Source: Thermodesulfobacteriota bacterium (lineage in GTDB: Bacteria; Desulfobacterota; Desulfobacteria; Desulfobacterales; SURF-7). Taken from it: a DNA stretch of 64,000 nucleotides. Positions 18,754-28,894 of the stretch are shown here, piece by piece. The notes under the pieces are model-generated. The model was not told the origin of the DNA, ran no database searches, and worked only from the letters and a program-made list of their open reading frames with translations. The stretch's first letter is position 1. Each line of letters opens with the position of its first letter. The stretch is taken from assembly GCA_049320885.1 (NCBI GenBank), contig JBMORA010000048.1, positions 1-64,000 of the forward strand, given 5' to 3'. The position numbers were made by a program, and so were the translations under genes.

Positions 18754-18967
18754 CCCTCCTTTGCATCAACCTTGTTATACGCTACCGCGGACATAGTATA
18801 ATTTCCCGGAAACGTAAAGATGTTTCACCAGATGCGCCGGGGAGAACATTTGGTGGTGAAGCCTTGTGGGGCTATGGTGAAATGATCTTGTAAATCCTCA
18901 TCAAATGATGGTAACTAGATAAAGTCGAAAACCCGCCAGCAGATGGAGTTGTATTCGTGGAAGCAGC

Positions 18968-19636
18968 ATGAGACCTATTTTTTTTGTTATGATATTATTT
19001 GGTTGTACTTTGACTGCTTGTGCCGGCTGGTATAGCAGCAAAGTGGTAGAAATGCGTTTGAAGGCCGAGGCCGGTGATGTGTCATCTCAATTTTACCTGG
19101 GATTGATGTATGCGGAAGGCCAGGAAGACCTGGAACAGGATTATGCGGAAGCCTTCAAATGGTGGTCCAAGGCCGCCGATCAAGGTGATGAAAAGGCCCT
19201 GTTCAACATCGGGTTGATGTACGACACCGGCAAGGGCATGCCCCAGGATGATTCCAAAGCCGCAGAGTGGTGGCAGCGGTCAGCTGACAAAGGGCTGGCG
19301 GAAGCGCAATACCGTCTCGGACTGCTGTATACCGACGGCAGGGGAGTTCCCCGGGATGAGGAACAGGCCGTTCTGTGGATAACCAAAGCGGCCTCACAAG
19401 GCCATGCCGCGGCCCAATTCAATCTAGGGCTGAAATACTATGAAGGCAAGGGAGTGGTCCAGGATGATGCCGAAGCCGTCAAATGGTGGACCAAGGCGGC
19501 TGAACACGGAGATGCCAAGGCCCAATTCAGGCTTGGATTCATGTATGATACCGGTAAGGGCGTACCCCAGCAAGATCCGAAGGAGGCCTCCAGGTGGTAC
19601 CAAAGGGCTTCAAAAAATGTATTCAGAGCCAGATAA
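18968..19636 (+). CDS. Sel1-like repeat lipoprotein
   Basis: Lipobox LTAC; five A-Q-x-x-L-G-x-x-Y-x-x-G-x-G-V-x-Q-D...W-x-K-A-A repeats. Confidence 0.92.
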   Translation: MRPIFFVMILFGCTLTACAGWYSSKVVEMRLKAEAGDVSSQFYLGLMYAEGQEDLEQDYAEAFKWWSKAADQGDEKALFNIGLMYDTGKGMPQDDSKAAEWWQRSADKGLAEAQYRLGLLYTDGRGVPRDEEQAVLWITKAASQGHAAAQFNLGLKYYEGKGVVQDDAEAVKWWTKAAEHGDAKAQFRLGFMYDTGKGVPQQDPKEASRWYQRASKNVFRAR

Positions 19637-19793
19637 CGCCTTGTAGGGCCGGCATTCCCCCGATGGTTGATCCTCGCGTCCGCCCCTTCCCTGACATCTA
19701 ATTCCATGAACATCGAACGTAAACGCTCCGCCACGCATCGGTCCTGCCTATCTTGACTTCCCGTTTCCGGGGGTTCTCTTTTTCTTTAAATTC

Positions 19794-19822
19794 TTGACAT
19801 TTAATTAATATTAATATAAATT
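19794..19822 (+). promoter_or_regulatory. Putative sigma70 promoter for the SBP-MCP pair
   Basis: TTGACA-N17-TAAATT in a very AT-rich stretch about 200 bp upstream of the SBP start. Confidence 0.55.
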
Positions 19823-20017
19823 TCAAATAGTAAAAAGGCTTCCAAATCTCTTTTGACGAAAATTCGTCCGTTCACACTTGCTCTTTTCTTCTCTGACCCG
19901 GGCTCCGGACAAAACGATATGGCGCTTATCGCACCTTTACCCCGGCGATTCGCGCCTTGGTTTATAAAGTAATGAAACGCTGTCCCATTCCACCTCATTT
20001 TGAAAGGAGGCGTCACC

Positions 20018-21319
20018 ATGCAGGCTCATTTTTTCACGCGGATACAGAAAAAATGCTTTTTTATGGTAATGATGACCGCCCTGCTCGGCCTATTATCCGT
20101 GCAAGGCGCAACCGCGGAGATCGCCAAAATCGGATTGAACTACCCGAAAACCGGGCCTTACTCGGTGGAGGGCCTGGATCAATTCCGCGCCGCGGAGCTG
20201 GCTGCCGAGGAAATCAATGCCGCCGGAGGAATTCTCGGCCAACAAATTGAAATCGTATGGCGCGATTCCCAGTCGAAACCCGATGTCACAACAACCAATG
20301 TAACCGAACTGATCGATAAGGAAGGCGTCAAGATGGTTTTCGGTGGTTCCGCCAGCAGCGTAGCCATCGCCGCCGGCAAGGTCTGCCGGGAAAAAGGCCG
20401 CATTTTTTTTGGGACCCTGACCTATTCCACGGAAACCACCGGCGAGGAAGGCCACCGCTACATTTTCCGCGAGTGCTACGATGCCTGGATGGGCGCCAAA
20501 GCCCTTTCTTCCTATATGAAAGAACAATTTGCGGGTAAAAAGTATTTCTATATAACGGCGGATTACACCTGGGGATGGACCACCGAGGCGGCGGTCCGGA
20601 AATTCAGCAACACCGAAGACAAATCCATGCACAAAGGAATGTTGACGCCGTTTCCCACCGCCACGGAAGAGGATTTCAAAAAAGCCATCGCCTTCGCGAA
20701 AATGGTCAAGCCGGATGTGCTGGTACTGGTGCTTTTCGGAAAGGACATGACCACGGCGGTGAGGATCGCGACGACCATGGGGTTGAAAAAGGACATGCAG
20801 ATCATCGTACCGAATATCACGCTGGGAATGGCCGAAGGGGGCGGCGCCAAGGTGATGGAGGGCGTTATCGGCGCCCTGCCCTGGGACTGGAAAGTTCCGT
20901 ATCAGTACAATTACACCCGGGGCATTCAATTCGTCGAGAAATTCGCCGCCAAATACAACCGCTACCCCAGTACTTCCGGTGCTTCGGCCTACACCATCCT
21001 CTACGAATACAAGGCCGCCGTTGAACGGGCAGGCACCTTCGACACGCCCGCCGTGATCAAGGCCCTGGAAGGACATGAATATACCTTGCTGAAGGACAAG
21101 CAGATCTGGCGTGATTTCGATCACCAGTCCGTCCAGACGGTTTATGCCGTGCGCTGCAATCCGGAAGAGATTGTCAACAAGGATAAGTTCAAACTGGACT
21201 ATTTCGAAATCCTGAGTTCCATGCCCGGGTCCGAAGCGGTAAAAACCCGTGAAGAATGGAATGCAGCGCGCATTGCAGCCGGCAAGCCCACAACCCTGGA
21301 AAAGCTTCCGGGAGAATGA
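20018..21319 (+). CDS. Periplasmic substrate-binding protein, branched-chain amino acid (LivJ/Peripla_BP_6-like) family
   Basis: RBS AAGGAGG then ATG 20018; signal peptide; [13 protein letters not shown]...[14 protein letters not shown]...[17 protein letters not shown]. Confidence 0.9.
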   Translation: MQAHFFTRIQKKCFFMVMMTALLGLLSVQGATAEIAKIGLNYPKTGPYSVEGLDQFRAAELAAEEINAAGGILGQQIEIVWRDSQSKPDVTTTNVTELIDKEGVKMVFGGSASSVAIAAGKVCREKGRIFFGTLTYSTETTGEEGHRYIFRECYDAWMGAKALSSYMKEQFAGKKYFYITADYTWGWTTEAAVRKFSNTEDKSMHKGMLTPFPTATEEDFKKAIAFAKMVKPDVLVLVLFGKDMTTAVRIATTMGLKKDMQIIVPNITLGMAEGGGAKVMEGVIGALPWDWKVPYQYNYTRGIQFVEKFAAKYNRYPSTSGASAYTILYEYKAAVERAGTFDTPAVIKALEGHEYTLLKDKQIWRDFDHQSVQTVYAVRCNPEEIVNKDKFKLDYFEILSSMPGSEAVKTREEWNAARIAAGKPTTLEKLPGE

Positions 21320-21423
21320 ACGAAACACCGTCTCGACGGTCCTTGACCGCCGGGGAACCGGTATTGAATTCGCCGACTAACCGGCGGTTCGCGAAACCTA
21401 AACCGCAAAATGGGAGAAATCCG

Positions 21424-23592
21424 ATGAACTGGCTGATCAGATTGGTATCCGGCAGTTTGGGACGCAAAATTCTCTTCGGGTTTTTATCGTCGCTTTTCCC
21501 CATGCTGGCCATCGTCGGGGCCACCTATTTTCCTGTCCGGGCCAGAACGGTCGAAAACAATGCACGGATTATGAAACTGATCATCAAAGGCAGCGCCGAT
21601 GAAATGAATGGATTCATCGAAGCCCAGGAAAACCAGTTTGCTAAATGGACAGCCGAGGATATTTACGGGATGGCCATCGAATTCAATACGGTTATGGAAA
21701 TCAGCAGCCATTTCCAAACCATGCTGGACGGTCAAACCGGATTTGTATTGATGCTGCTTGCCGACAAGGACGGCAAGGTCATCGAGGCCGTCTCCGGCGG
21801 GTCCGCCAAGGGACAAAAAACCGAGGGGATCAAGGGCCAAACCATTGAGGGCCTGGCCGTTCAGACAGACATGCCCGACCGCAGCGCCGTGGCGGTGGCC
21901 ACCGATTTCATGCGCCGGATCGGCCGGCGGTCTGATTTTACCTATGTTTTCAGACTCAAAACCAAGGATTCGAGCGGCAAGCCCAATGGCTTTTTCCTGG
22001 CGTATATGGACTGGTCGAATCTGTATCAATTCACCAGAACGGTTACGCTTGCGATGCAGGCAAACGGTTTTTCCAATGCCCGCGTGGCGGTCCTGGATGT
22101 GGTTTCCGGAACCGCTGTTGCCCATTCAAATGAGGATTGGATTGACAAGCGCCTGGAACTCGGTTCCGAGCTGAACGCCTGGCTGAATGCGAATCAAAGC
22201 GGCGATTTCCGGGTAATCAATACCGACGCCGGGGATGAATTTGTCGGCGGCATACCCCTGCGGAGAGCGGGGAGCCTCTTTCAAGAAAAAACGGTTGCCA
22301 AGGAACAAGCTCGTTTGATGGTATCCGCTTTCGTGCCGGTGGCCGATGTTGTCAGCGTTCTGAACAGAATTCTGTGGGCGTCCATCGGCATTGCCATTGC
22401 GGGCTGCCTGTTGGTCATTCTGATCGGTTATTTCATCGCGCGTTCCATCACCAGGCCCATCGGTAAAGCACTGGCATTGGCTCAGGGCATCAGCACCGGC
22501 GACCTTTCCCAGCGGCTCGGCATGAAACAGGCGGATGAAATCGGTCATCTGGCCCGTGCGTTGGACATCATGGCCGACGGCCTGGAAGAAAAAGCGAAAC
22601 TGGCCGATCAAATCGCTTCCGGCGATCTGACGCGCGATGTGACCATTCTGTCCGACAAGGATACCCTCGGTCAGGCCCTGCATACCATGATGCGCAACGT
22701 AAGCGGGATCGTCGCGGAACTGCAGGCCGCCGGCGACCAGGTGGATACCGGCGCCCGGCAAGTGGCGACTTCCAGTCAATCCCTGTCTCAAGGAGCCACC
22801 GAGCAGGCATCGGCCATCGAGGAAATCACCAGCACCATGACGGAAATCGGCTCCCAGACCAAAACCAATGCCGAAAACGCCACCCAGGCCGATCGGTTGG
22901 CCGCGGATGTCAAAAACACCGGCAATCACGGCGCTGAACAAATGACCGAAATGATCAAGGCCATGGCTGCCATCAGCGATTCCAGCTCGCAAATTTCGAA
23001 GATCATCAAAACCATCGACGGCATTGCTTTCCAGACCAATCTGCTGGCCTTGAACGCCGCCGTGGAAGCCGCACGGGCCGGAAAGCACGGCAAGGGGTTC
23101 GCGGTTGTGGCCCAGGAAGTCCGCTCGCTGGCCTCCCGCAGCGCCAAAGCCGCCCAGGAGACCGCCGAATTGATCGAAGGCTCCATGCAACGAGTAGCCA
23201 ACGGCAGCGCCATAGCCGAACGAACGGCAAAAGCGCTGGAGGAAATGAACCGCGGCATCGGCAAGGTGGCGGATCTCATCGCTGAGATCACCACCGCCAG
23301 CAATGAACAGGCCCAGGGAATTTCCCAGATTTCTCATGGATTGAACCAGGTTGACGGCGTCACCCAGCAGAATACCGCCAATGCCGAAGAGACCTCCTCG
23401 GCCGCCGAAGAGCTTTCGTCACAAGCCGAGTCCATGCGTCGGCTGCTGGTTCGATTCAAACTGAAGACGGGAACCGGGGCCACCGCATCCGCCGAGCCTT
23501 CACCCCAAGCATGGGCCGGTAGGACCGGATCGCGGCTCCTGCATATCAGCGGTCCCCAAAAACGGATTGCCATGGATGGCATCGAAAAATGA
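21424..23592 (+). CDS. Methyl-accepting chemotaxis protein (Cache-like sensor, two HAMP, MA domain)
   Basis: Two TMs; HAMP motifs (DEIGHL, DTLGQAL); [37 protein letters not shown]. Alternative start at 21316 overlaps the SBP stop (ATGA). Confidence 0.93.
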   Translation: MNWLIRLVSGSLGRKILFGFLSSLFPMLAIVGATYFPVRARTVENNARIMKLIIKGSADEMNGFIEAQENQFAKWTAEDIYGMAIEFNTVMEISSHFQTMLDGQTGFVLMLLADKDGKVIEAVSGGSAKGQKTEGIKGQTIEGLAVQTDMPDRSAVAVATDFMRRIGRRSDFTYVFRLKTKDSSGKPNGFFLAYMDWSNLYQFTRTVTLAMQANGFSNARVAVLDVVSGTAVAHSNEDWIDKRLELGSELNAWLNANQSGDFRVINTDAGDEFVGGIPLRRAGSLFQEKTVAKEQARLMVSAFVPVADVVSVLNRILWASIGIAIAGCLLVILIGYFIARSITRPIGKALALAQGISTGDLSQRLGMKQADEIGHLARALDIMADGLEEKAKLADQIASGDLTRDVTILSDKDTLGQALHTMMRNVSGIVAELQAAGDQVDTGARQVATSSQSLSQGATEQASAIEEITSTMTEIGSQTKTNAENATQADRLAADVKNTGNHGAEQMTEMIKAMAAISDSSSQISKIIKTIDGIAFQTNLLALNAAVEAARAGKHGKGFAVVAQEVRSLASRSAKAAQETAELIEGSMQRVANGSAIAERTAKALEEMNRGIGKVADLIAEITTASNEQAQGISQISHGLNQVDGVTQQNTANAEETSSAAEELSSQAESMRRLLVRFKLKTGTGATASAEPSPQAWAGRTGSRLLHISGPQKRIAMDGIEK

Positions 23593-23895
23593 TACGTGTC
23601 ATGAACAGAACAGCAACAATGCCTGGATCACCCCGTAACCCGAGAAATCCGATCCTGAATAAAAAACTCCCGCCGGTTTCGCTACGAACAGCGCTGGCGA
23701 AACATTGGTTCTGAGCCCTTTCGCAAAGGTCCGTCCTGGACATTGGACGTTATGTCGCTGGCGCATTCCTTCGTATTACCTGCAGATTATTTCCTGGCCA
23801 AAACCTGTAAATGCCGATACAATATTGATTCTGCGCAACGAATCAGGAGCGGGTCGGCGGCGTTGCGTATCACCGGCTTAAGATCAGGAGGTATT

Positions 23896-24546
23896 TTGTC
23901 TTCGTTGCGCGTTCGTTATCAAACCATCGAGTTCGGTGAGGTCGACATTCATGTCCGGACATTGAGAGATCGATATCAATATCTGGATGTTGACGGTATC
24001 GCCGAAAAAGCTGGCATTTTTTCCGCATCATGGCCGCTGTTCGGGGTCGTCTGGGCTTCGGGAAAGATCCTGGCCCACCTCATGCTGGATTATGAGATTG
24101 CCGGCAGGCGAATCCTGGAAGTCGGCTGCGGCATCGCATTGGCAAGCCTGGTGTTGAACCACCGGCGGGCGGATATCACCGCCACGGACCACCACCCTGA
24201 GGCGGAACGTTTTCTGCTGGAAAATGTCAAGCTCAACCAGGGGAATACAATACCCTTCGTCCGCACAGGATGGGGAGATGCGGTCAGCAGCCTGAGTGAT
24301 TTCGATCTCATTATCGGAAGCGATTTGCTGTATGAGAGGGGTCATGCTGACATGCTCGCGGGCTTTATCGACCAGCATGCCAGGCCGCATTGCGAAGTAA
24401 TCCTCGTCGATCCGGGACGGGGCCAGCAAGCGCGCTTCACCAAAAAAATGACGGGCCTCGGCTATTCCTACTACCAGCAAAAACCTGCCGCAACAAACCT
24501 TTCGGCAGAGCCGTTTTTAGGTCGGATTTTGCGCTACACCCGATAG
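23896..24546 (+). CDS. Class I SAM-dependent methyltransferase (Nnt1/METTL21-like, Methyltransf_16)
   Basis: RBS AGGAGG then TTG 23896; FGVVWASG, ILEVGCGIAL, ATD, DLIIGSDLLY. Confidence 0.85.
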   Translation: MSSLRVRYQTIEFGEVDIHVRTLRDRYQYLDVDGIAEKAGIFSASWPLFGVVWASGKILAHLMLDYEIAGRRILEVGCGIALASLVLNHRRADITATDHHPEAERFLLENVKLNQGNTIPFVRTGWGDAVSSLSDFDLIIGSDLLYERGHADMLAGFIDQHARPHCEVILVDPGRGQQARFTKKMTGLGYSYYQQKPAATNLSAEPFLGRILRYTR

Positions 24547-24610
24547 AGAAACGTCAGCTGGATTTATCACATTTTTTTCATAGTTCGACTAGGTAGATTC
24601 CCTCCCAAGT

Positions 24611-24743
24611 TGTGAAAAAAAATTAACAATTATCAGCCAATTGTCTAGAAAACAACAGGTCGGATATCATGTTTATATAATTGTATTTCATATAGTTGCC
24701 ATGCTTATATCCCTCGCATCACATTTTTAGCATAATTTTTGCT
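24611..24743 (+). promoter_or_regulatory. Putative enhancer sites and degenerate sigma54 promoter of the PEP-CTERM gene
   Basis: TGT-N12-ACA (24611-24628), TGT-N10-ACA (24642-24657) and TTAGCATAATTTTTGCT (24727-24743; AG-N10-GC instead of GG-N10-GC). Confidence 0.5.
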
Positions 24744-24811
24744 TAATGATAGCCCATATCGTCTCGCCCATTTTTCGCCAAAACCCTAAAAATTATGGAG
24801 GAGGAAAGCCA

Positions 24812-25444
24812 ATGAGAACTATTGCCATTTTCTTTTGCAGCTTCCTGCTGGTTTTTGGTTTGACCGGCACAGCAGCCGCCTACCCGATCAACTCAGCCGC
24901 CGATGCGGCCCTGGCTGGCTCAACCGTCATTGATTTTGAAGACCAAATTTTAGGAACATACGCGTCCATCACCATCGGCAATGTGAGCTTCACAGCGGTC
25001 AATAACCATCTAAACATCGATAATGTTTATCAGATGTATAACCAATCCGGAATATATCTGGACAATGGAACCTATTCCAACGAAGGTTTTGGTGTCTTGC
25101 GCATGGACTTCGCTTCCGCGACAAACGCTTTTGGTTTCACATGGGGCATGGCCGAACCCTTTGCAACCTGGGTCCTCACTGCCTATGATGCCGGAAACAA
25201 CATTCTGGAAAGCCGAAATCTGCCGTCAACTGGCGCTTCCTCAGCCGGCGAGTTCTTCGGATTGGCCGCCAATAACATCTCATACGCAACATTGGCCTGG
25301 AACGGCAGTTATGACTGGGTGGCAATAGACAATTTCACCTTTACCGAAACCGCCGCCGCCGTCCCTGAACCGGCGACCATGCTCCTTTTCGGCGCGGGAA
25401 TGATCGGTCTCGTCACGACATCGCGAAAAAAATGTAAAAAATAG
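24812..25444 (+). CDS. PEP-CTERM sorting domain-containing surface protein
   Basis: RBS GGAGGAGG; signal peptide; beta-rich body (IDFED...IDNFTF); C-terminal VPEPATMLLFGAGMIGL followed by basic RKKCKK. Confidence 0.93.
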   Translation: MRTIAIFFCSFLLVFGLTGTAAAYPINSAADAALAGSTVIDFEDQILGTYASITIGNVSFTAVNNHLNIDNVYQMYNQSGIYLDNGTYSNEGFGVLRMDFASATNAFGFTWGMAEPFATWVLTAYDAGNNILESRNLPSTGASSAGEFFGLAANNISYATLAWNGSYDWVAIDNFTFTETAAAVPEPATMLLFGAGMIGLVTTSRKKCKK

Positions 25445-25494
25445 TGCTAAAAAATGGGCGGGCCCGGATGCGTCCGGCAATTTATGGTGCCATC

Positions 25495-25524
25495 AAAAAA
25501 GGCCCGGCGGTATCCGCCGGGCCT
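25495..25524 (-). terminator. Rho-independent terminator
   Basis: Hairpin GGCCCGGCGG-TAT-CCGCCGGGCC with an A6 run on its left, which is a U-tract on the minus strand. Confidence 0.8.
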
Positions 25525-25550
25525 GAAAGCCGGACCATTCGGCGGCGATG

Positions 25551-25699
25551 TCATCCACAGAGGCTGCATGCTGCAGACATTTTTCGCAGCGTTCATTGCG
25601 GTCCTTGATCTCCACCTCTTCCTCAATATTCCAGAATTTCTGAATACAGCTGCTGATGCAGAACTGCTCTTGGGAAGTAATGGGTTTTTTCTTCGCGGA
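25551..25699 (-). pseudogene. Remnant of a small Cys-rich protein (no start codon, apparent frameshift)
   Basis: Directly after the EamA stop the same frame reads SAKKKPITSQEQFCISSCIQKFWNIEEEVEIKDRNERCEKCLQ; a 1-nt shift gives ACSLCG-stop just before the terminator. Confidence 0.4.
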
Positions 25700-26545
25700 T
25701 TACTCCGTCCGACGCGCGCTGACCAGGGAAGCCGCGGTCACCGCCAGCACAATGATGCCGCCGCCGATGAGTGAATGAGCCCCCGGCGTTTCGCCGATGG
25801 CGAGAAACACCCACACAGGATTGAACACCGGCTCGATAACGGCGATGAGATTCGCCGAAACCGCGGAAACCCGCTTGATCGCAATGGAAAAGAGAATCGC
25901 GGACAGACCGATCTGTATAACGCCCAGCACCGCGATGGCGGAGAGGGACTGCAGGGTCAGTTGCGGCACCGGCAGAAACAACGATATGATCAGGCATATT
26001 CCCGCCGTGAGCCAATGGGACAGCAGGATGGATTCCAGCGGTGAACCGTCCTTCTGCAGACGCATGAACACGAAGTAAAAACTGAAGGTGATCGCCGATA
26101 GGATTCCGAGCACATTGCCGAACCATTTTCCACCGCCCAGTTCGTCAAAAAACATGACGATCATACCGACCAAAATGATTGGAAACGCGACGAAATGTTC
26201 AATCCTCGTGCGTTCCTTCAATACCACGGCGCTAATCAGGGCGGTCATCACCGGCGCGATATATTGAAGAAGGATCGCATTGGCCGCGGTGGTGGTCTTA
26301 TTGGCCGAGACGAACAGCAGCATGGTGGCGGCATTGGCCATGGCCGCAGCCGTCTGGGGAAAAGAAAAATGGATATGGGGCCGCCTCAGATAACCAAGGA
26401 TCACCATGGACGCAATGAGACTGCGCATTCCTGCTATCGCTATGGGGTTCCAGTCGATGATCTTGATGAACAACCCGGCGATGCTCCAGAGAAACGCCGT
26501 GGCCGCCATGGCCAGAACGCCGGCTTTTTTATTCAGATGTTTCAT
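25700..26545 (-). CDS. EamA/DMT family transporter
   Basis: About 10 hydrophobic helices; LWSIAG, ANAILLQYIAP, VLKER, IEPVFNPVW...GETP. Confidence 0.92.
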   Translation of the reverse strand: MKHLNKKAGVLAMAATAFLWSIAGLFIKIIDWNPIAIAGMRSLIASMVILGYLRRPHIHFSFPQTAAAMANAATMLLFVSANKTTTAANAILLQYIAPVMTALISAVVLKERTRIEHFVAFPIILVGMIVMFFDELGGGKWFGNVLGILSAITFSFYFVFMRLQKDGSPLESILLSHWLTAGICLIISLFLPVPQLTLQSLSAIAVLGVIQIGLSAILFSIAIKRVSAVSANLIAVIEPVFNPVWVFLAIGETPGAHSLIGGGIIVLAVTAASLVSARRTE

Positions 26546-26772
26546 TTTCCGAACCAAATCCTTCCCGCTTAACTATCCTGGGTGATTCATAAGCATAAAT
26601 AGGAAACAAGAACAATAGGTCATTCGATTTTTTACTATTGATCTTTTCCACCGGGTTCATTACTCTCGGTCCGGACAACGATTTGTTCGAGCCGGAATAT
26701 TGTTCCGTTCCATTCCCGAAGCGGCAATGTCGCCGATTGGGAAAAATTCCAACCACTTCATCAGGAACCGAC

Positions 26773-27378
26773 ATGAAACTTCTCACGTTCAGCGACGTCC
26801 ATTGCAGCGAGAAACACTGCACCGAATTGGTGAAGATGTCCGTTTCCGTGGACATGGTTATCGCCGCCGGCGATCTTGCTCTGGTTCGAAAAAACCTGGG
26901 GGAGACGATCCGCATACTGGCGGCCATTCAAAAACCCACGGTTCTGGTTCCCGGAAACAGTGAAAGCCTGGAAGAACTTCTGGAAGCCTGCAGCGGCTGG
27001 ACCAATGCGCACGTGCTGCACGGCAGCGGCATCGAGTTGATGGGGCGCTCGTTTTTCGGGATCGGCGGCGGCATTCCCGTCACCCCGTTCGGGTCATGGA
27101 GTTATGACTTCACCGAAGACGAAGCGACACAACTGCTTTCCACCTGCCCCCGCAACGCCATTCTGGTGACCCATTCACCGCCCAAGGGAGTGGTGGATGT
27201 CTCTTCCGGGGGGCAGCATTTCGGAAGTCTTGCCATCCGGCAGGCGATCCTGGACAAGAGCCCGCTTCTGTGTGTGTGCGGTCATATTCATGAAAGCGCC
27301 GGCAAGTGTGAACGGCTAGGAGATACGCCGGTGATCAACGCCGGTCCCAAGGGCTTCATCCATGAAATCCCGGACTGA
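26773..27378 (+). CDS. Metallophosphoesterase (calcineurin-like)
   Basis: SDVH, AGDL, PGNSE, THSPP, CGHIHE motifs; ATG 26773. Confidence 0.9.
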   Translation: MKLLTFSDVHCSEKHCTELVKMSVSVDMVIAAGDLALVRKNLGETIRILAAIQKPTVLVPGNSESLEELLEACSGWTNAHVLHGSGIELMGRSFFGIGGGIPVTPFGSWSYDFTEDEATQLLSTCPRNAILVTHSPPKGVVDVSSGGQHFGSLAIRQAILDKSPLLCVCGHIHESAGKCERLGDTPVINAGPKGFIHEIPD

Positions 27379-27429
27379 ATCCGGGATCCCTGACAGGTCA
27401 GGGCCGGCGCCGGACGGTAACCGGACAAG

Positions 27430-27849
27430 TTACGGCGCGGTGGCATCCTTCTCCTCGATCCGGTAGGTATGGCCGACGGTGGCGTTCAGGGAGGCCACGG
27501 CGCTGCAGTACTTCGTGGCCGACAGGGAAATGGCTTGTTCCACGGCCTTGGGCTTCACTCCCCTGCCGGTGATCACGTATTCGATATCCACGTGACGGAA
27601 GCGTTTGGGATAGTCTCCGGCCTGTTCCCCTTGGATATTGACCCGGACGGAGGTGAAGACGGCTCGTTTTTTCTTGAGAATGGAAACGATATCCATGGCC
27701 GTGCAGCCTGCCACGGCCATCAACATCAGTTCCATGGGCGAAGGGCCGCTGCCGCCTTCATGATCGTCCAGGATCACGGCGGGTCCGGTACCGGACCGGC
27801 CGACAAACTGCATGGCCGACACCCAGTTCACTTGGGCTTGAATGGTCAT
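27430..27849 (-). CDS. OsmC family protein (YhfA-like)
   Basis: GPSPMELMLMAVAGCTAMD and KYCSAV motifs; ATG overlaps the upstream stop (TAATG). Confidence 0.92.
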   Translation of the reverse strand: MTIQAQVNWVSAMQFVGRSGTGPAVILDDHEGGSGPSPMELMLMAVAGCTAMDIVSILKKKRAVFTSVRVNIQGEQAGDYPKRFRHVDIEYVITGRGVKPKAVEQAISLSATKYCSAVASLNATVGHTYRIEEKDATAP

Positions 27850-28511
27850 TACGACAATTCCTTTCTGAAGTCATCATCCTTCCGGCAAAGCCGGAGGCTT
27901 GGAATGGTTTCTTCCGGATCAGCCGGCGAACCGGAATTTTGGCTGCTGGTGAATTCGTCATACAATTCCCGCAATCCAAGCCGGATATTGCCATTGTACT
28001 TCCGATACAACCGCCGGATTCTTTCCGCCGGCAGAGCACCGGAAACGCCCAGCAGGCGGTCCACCAGCAAGGACAGCAACTCCGGCGATGTCCGCGTGAA
28101 AACCAGAACCGGAAGCCAACCAAGACCATGCGAGGTAACCACCACCGCTCCGGCACGGCGGAGATGAAACCTCAGGCGCATCCGGGAAAACCGGGAAAGC
28201 TGTTCCACGCCGTCGATCAGAAAAGCGGCTGCCGTCGGCTTCTCCCGCCTGATCTTCCGGATCATCTTCCCTGTGAGGCTCCGGCGCTGCCGATCAAAGC
28301 GCAGGTTCACGACCCGATAGCCGGCCTTTTCCAATTGACGGCCCAACTCCGCCAGCAAGGTGGTTTTTCCACTGCCTTCAGGCCCGACAATGGCGGCACG
28401 GCAATTCAAGGCGGCAAGGCGCAGCAGCAGTTCCTCCCGATTCGTATCCATGAAATGATACGGCAGGCTGTCGATACATCCGCTGGAAAAAGGGTTATTG
28501 CGGGCGTTCAT
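27849..28511 (-). CDS. Small P-loop (AAA+-like) ATPase
   Basis: NPF N-terminus, Walker A IVGPEGSGKTT, Walker B FLIDGVEQ, VVTSH, GNIR...LYD. Confidence 0.85.
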   Translation of the reverse strand: MNARNNPFSSGCIDSLPYHFMDTNREELLLRLAALNCRAAIVGPEGSGKTTLLAELGRQLEKAGYRVVNLRFDRQRRSLTGKMIRKIRREKPTAAAFLIDGVEQLSRFSRMRLRFHLRRAGAVVVTSHGLGWLPVLVFTRTSPELLSLLVDRLLGVSGALPAERIRRLYRKYNGNIRLGLRELYDEFTSSQNSGSPADPEETIPSLRLCRKDDDFRKELS

Positions 28512-28890
28512 GTTCGGGAAGCGGATCACCGGCAAGCCGGACAGCAGAATCATGGGGCGAGACGACGATTTCCTGTTGAACAGCCTGCTGGATTCCCTCA
28601 CCTCCCAATTCAAGCGCCCAAATCAATGCGATCAGGTTTCCGGTGAAGCTGTAGGGCCTTTCCGGCAGACGCAACCGGAAAGGCCGCCGTTCCCGGGCAC
28701 GGGGTGCATCAAAAAGGAGTTCCTCCACCACGGCCAGATCCTGGGTGCCCTTTCCCCGGGTATACCAGAACAAACGCAGAAACATGTTTTTCGGCGTCTC
28801 GGCCAGATCCCAGGAAACATGTCCCGTCATCGTCTCCCCGGGCCGATAAACCGTTTTCCCGTCAGCGGGTTCTATGGATAATGGATTCAT
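28495..28890 (-). CDS. Hypothetical beta-sandwich (arrestin-N/SpoOM-like) protein
   Basis: YRPGETMTGHVSW...LRLFWYTRGKG...FRLRLPERPYSFTGNLIALIWALEL; tightly packed between DUF3592 gene and ATPase. Confidence 0.7.
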   Translation of the reverse strand: MNPLSIEPADGKTVYRPGETMTGHVSWDLAETPKNMFLRLFWYTRGKGTQDLAVVEELLFDAPRARERRPFRLRLPERPYSFTGNLIALIWALELGGEGIQQAVQQEIVVSPHDSAVRLAGDPLPEHERPQ

Positions 28891-28894
28891 GGAA

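Noticed and set aside
23896..24546. Methyltransferase after the MCP as a possible CheR
   Set aside because: Motifs fit the Methyltransf_16 type, not CheR, and it is separated from the MCP by about 300 bp.
27367..27403. Two short adjacent hairpins between convergent genes
   Set aside because: Short stems and no U-tract; too weak to call a terminator or REP element.
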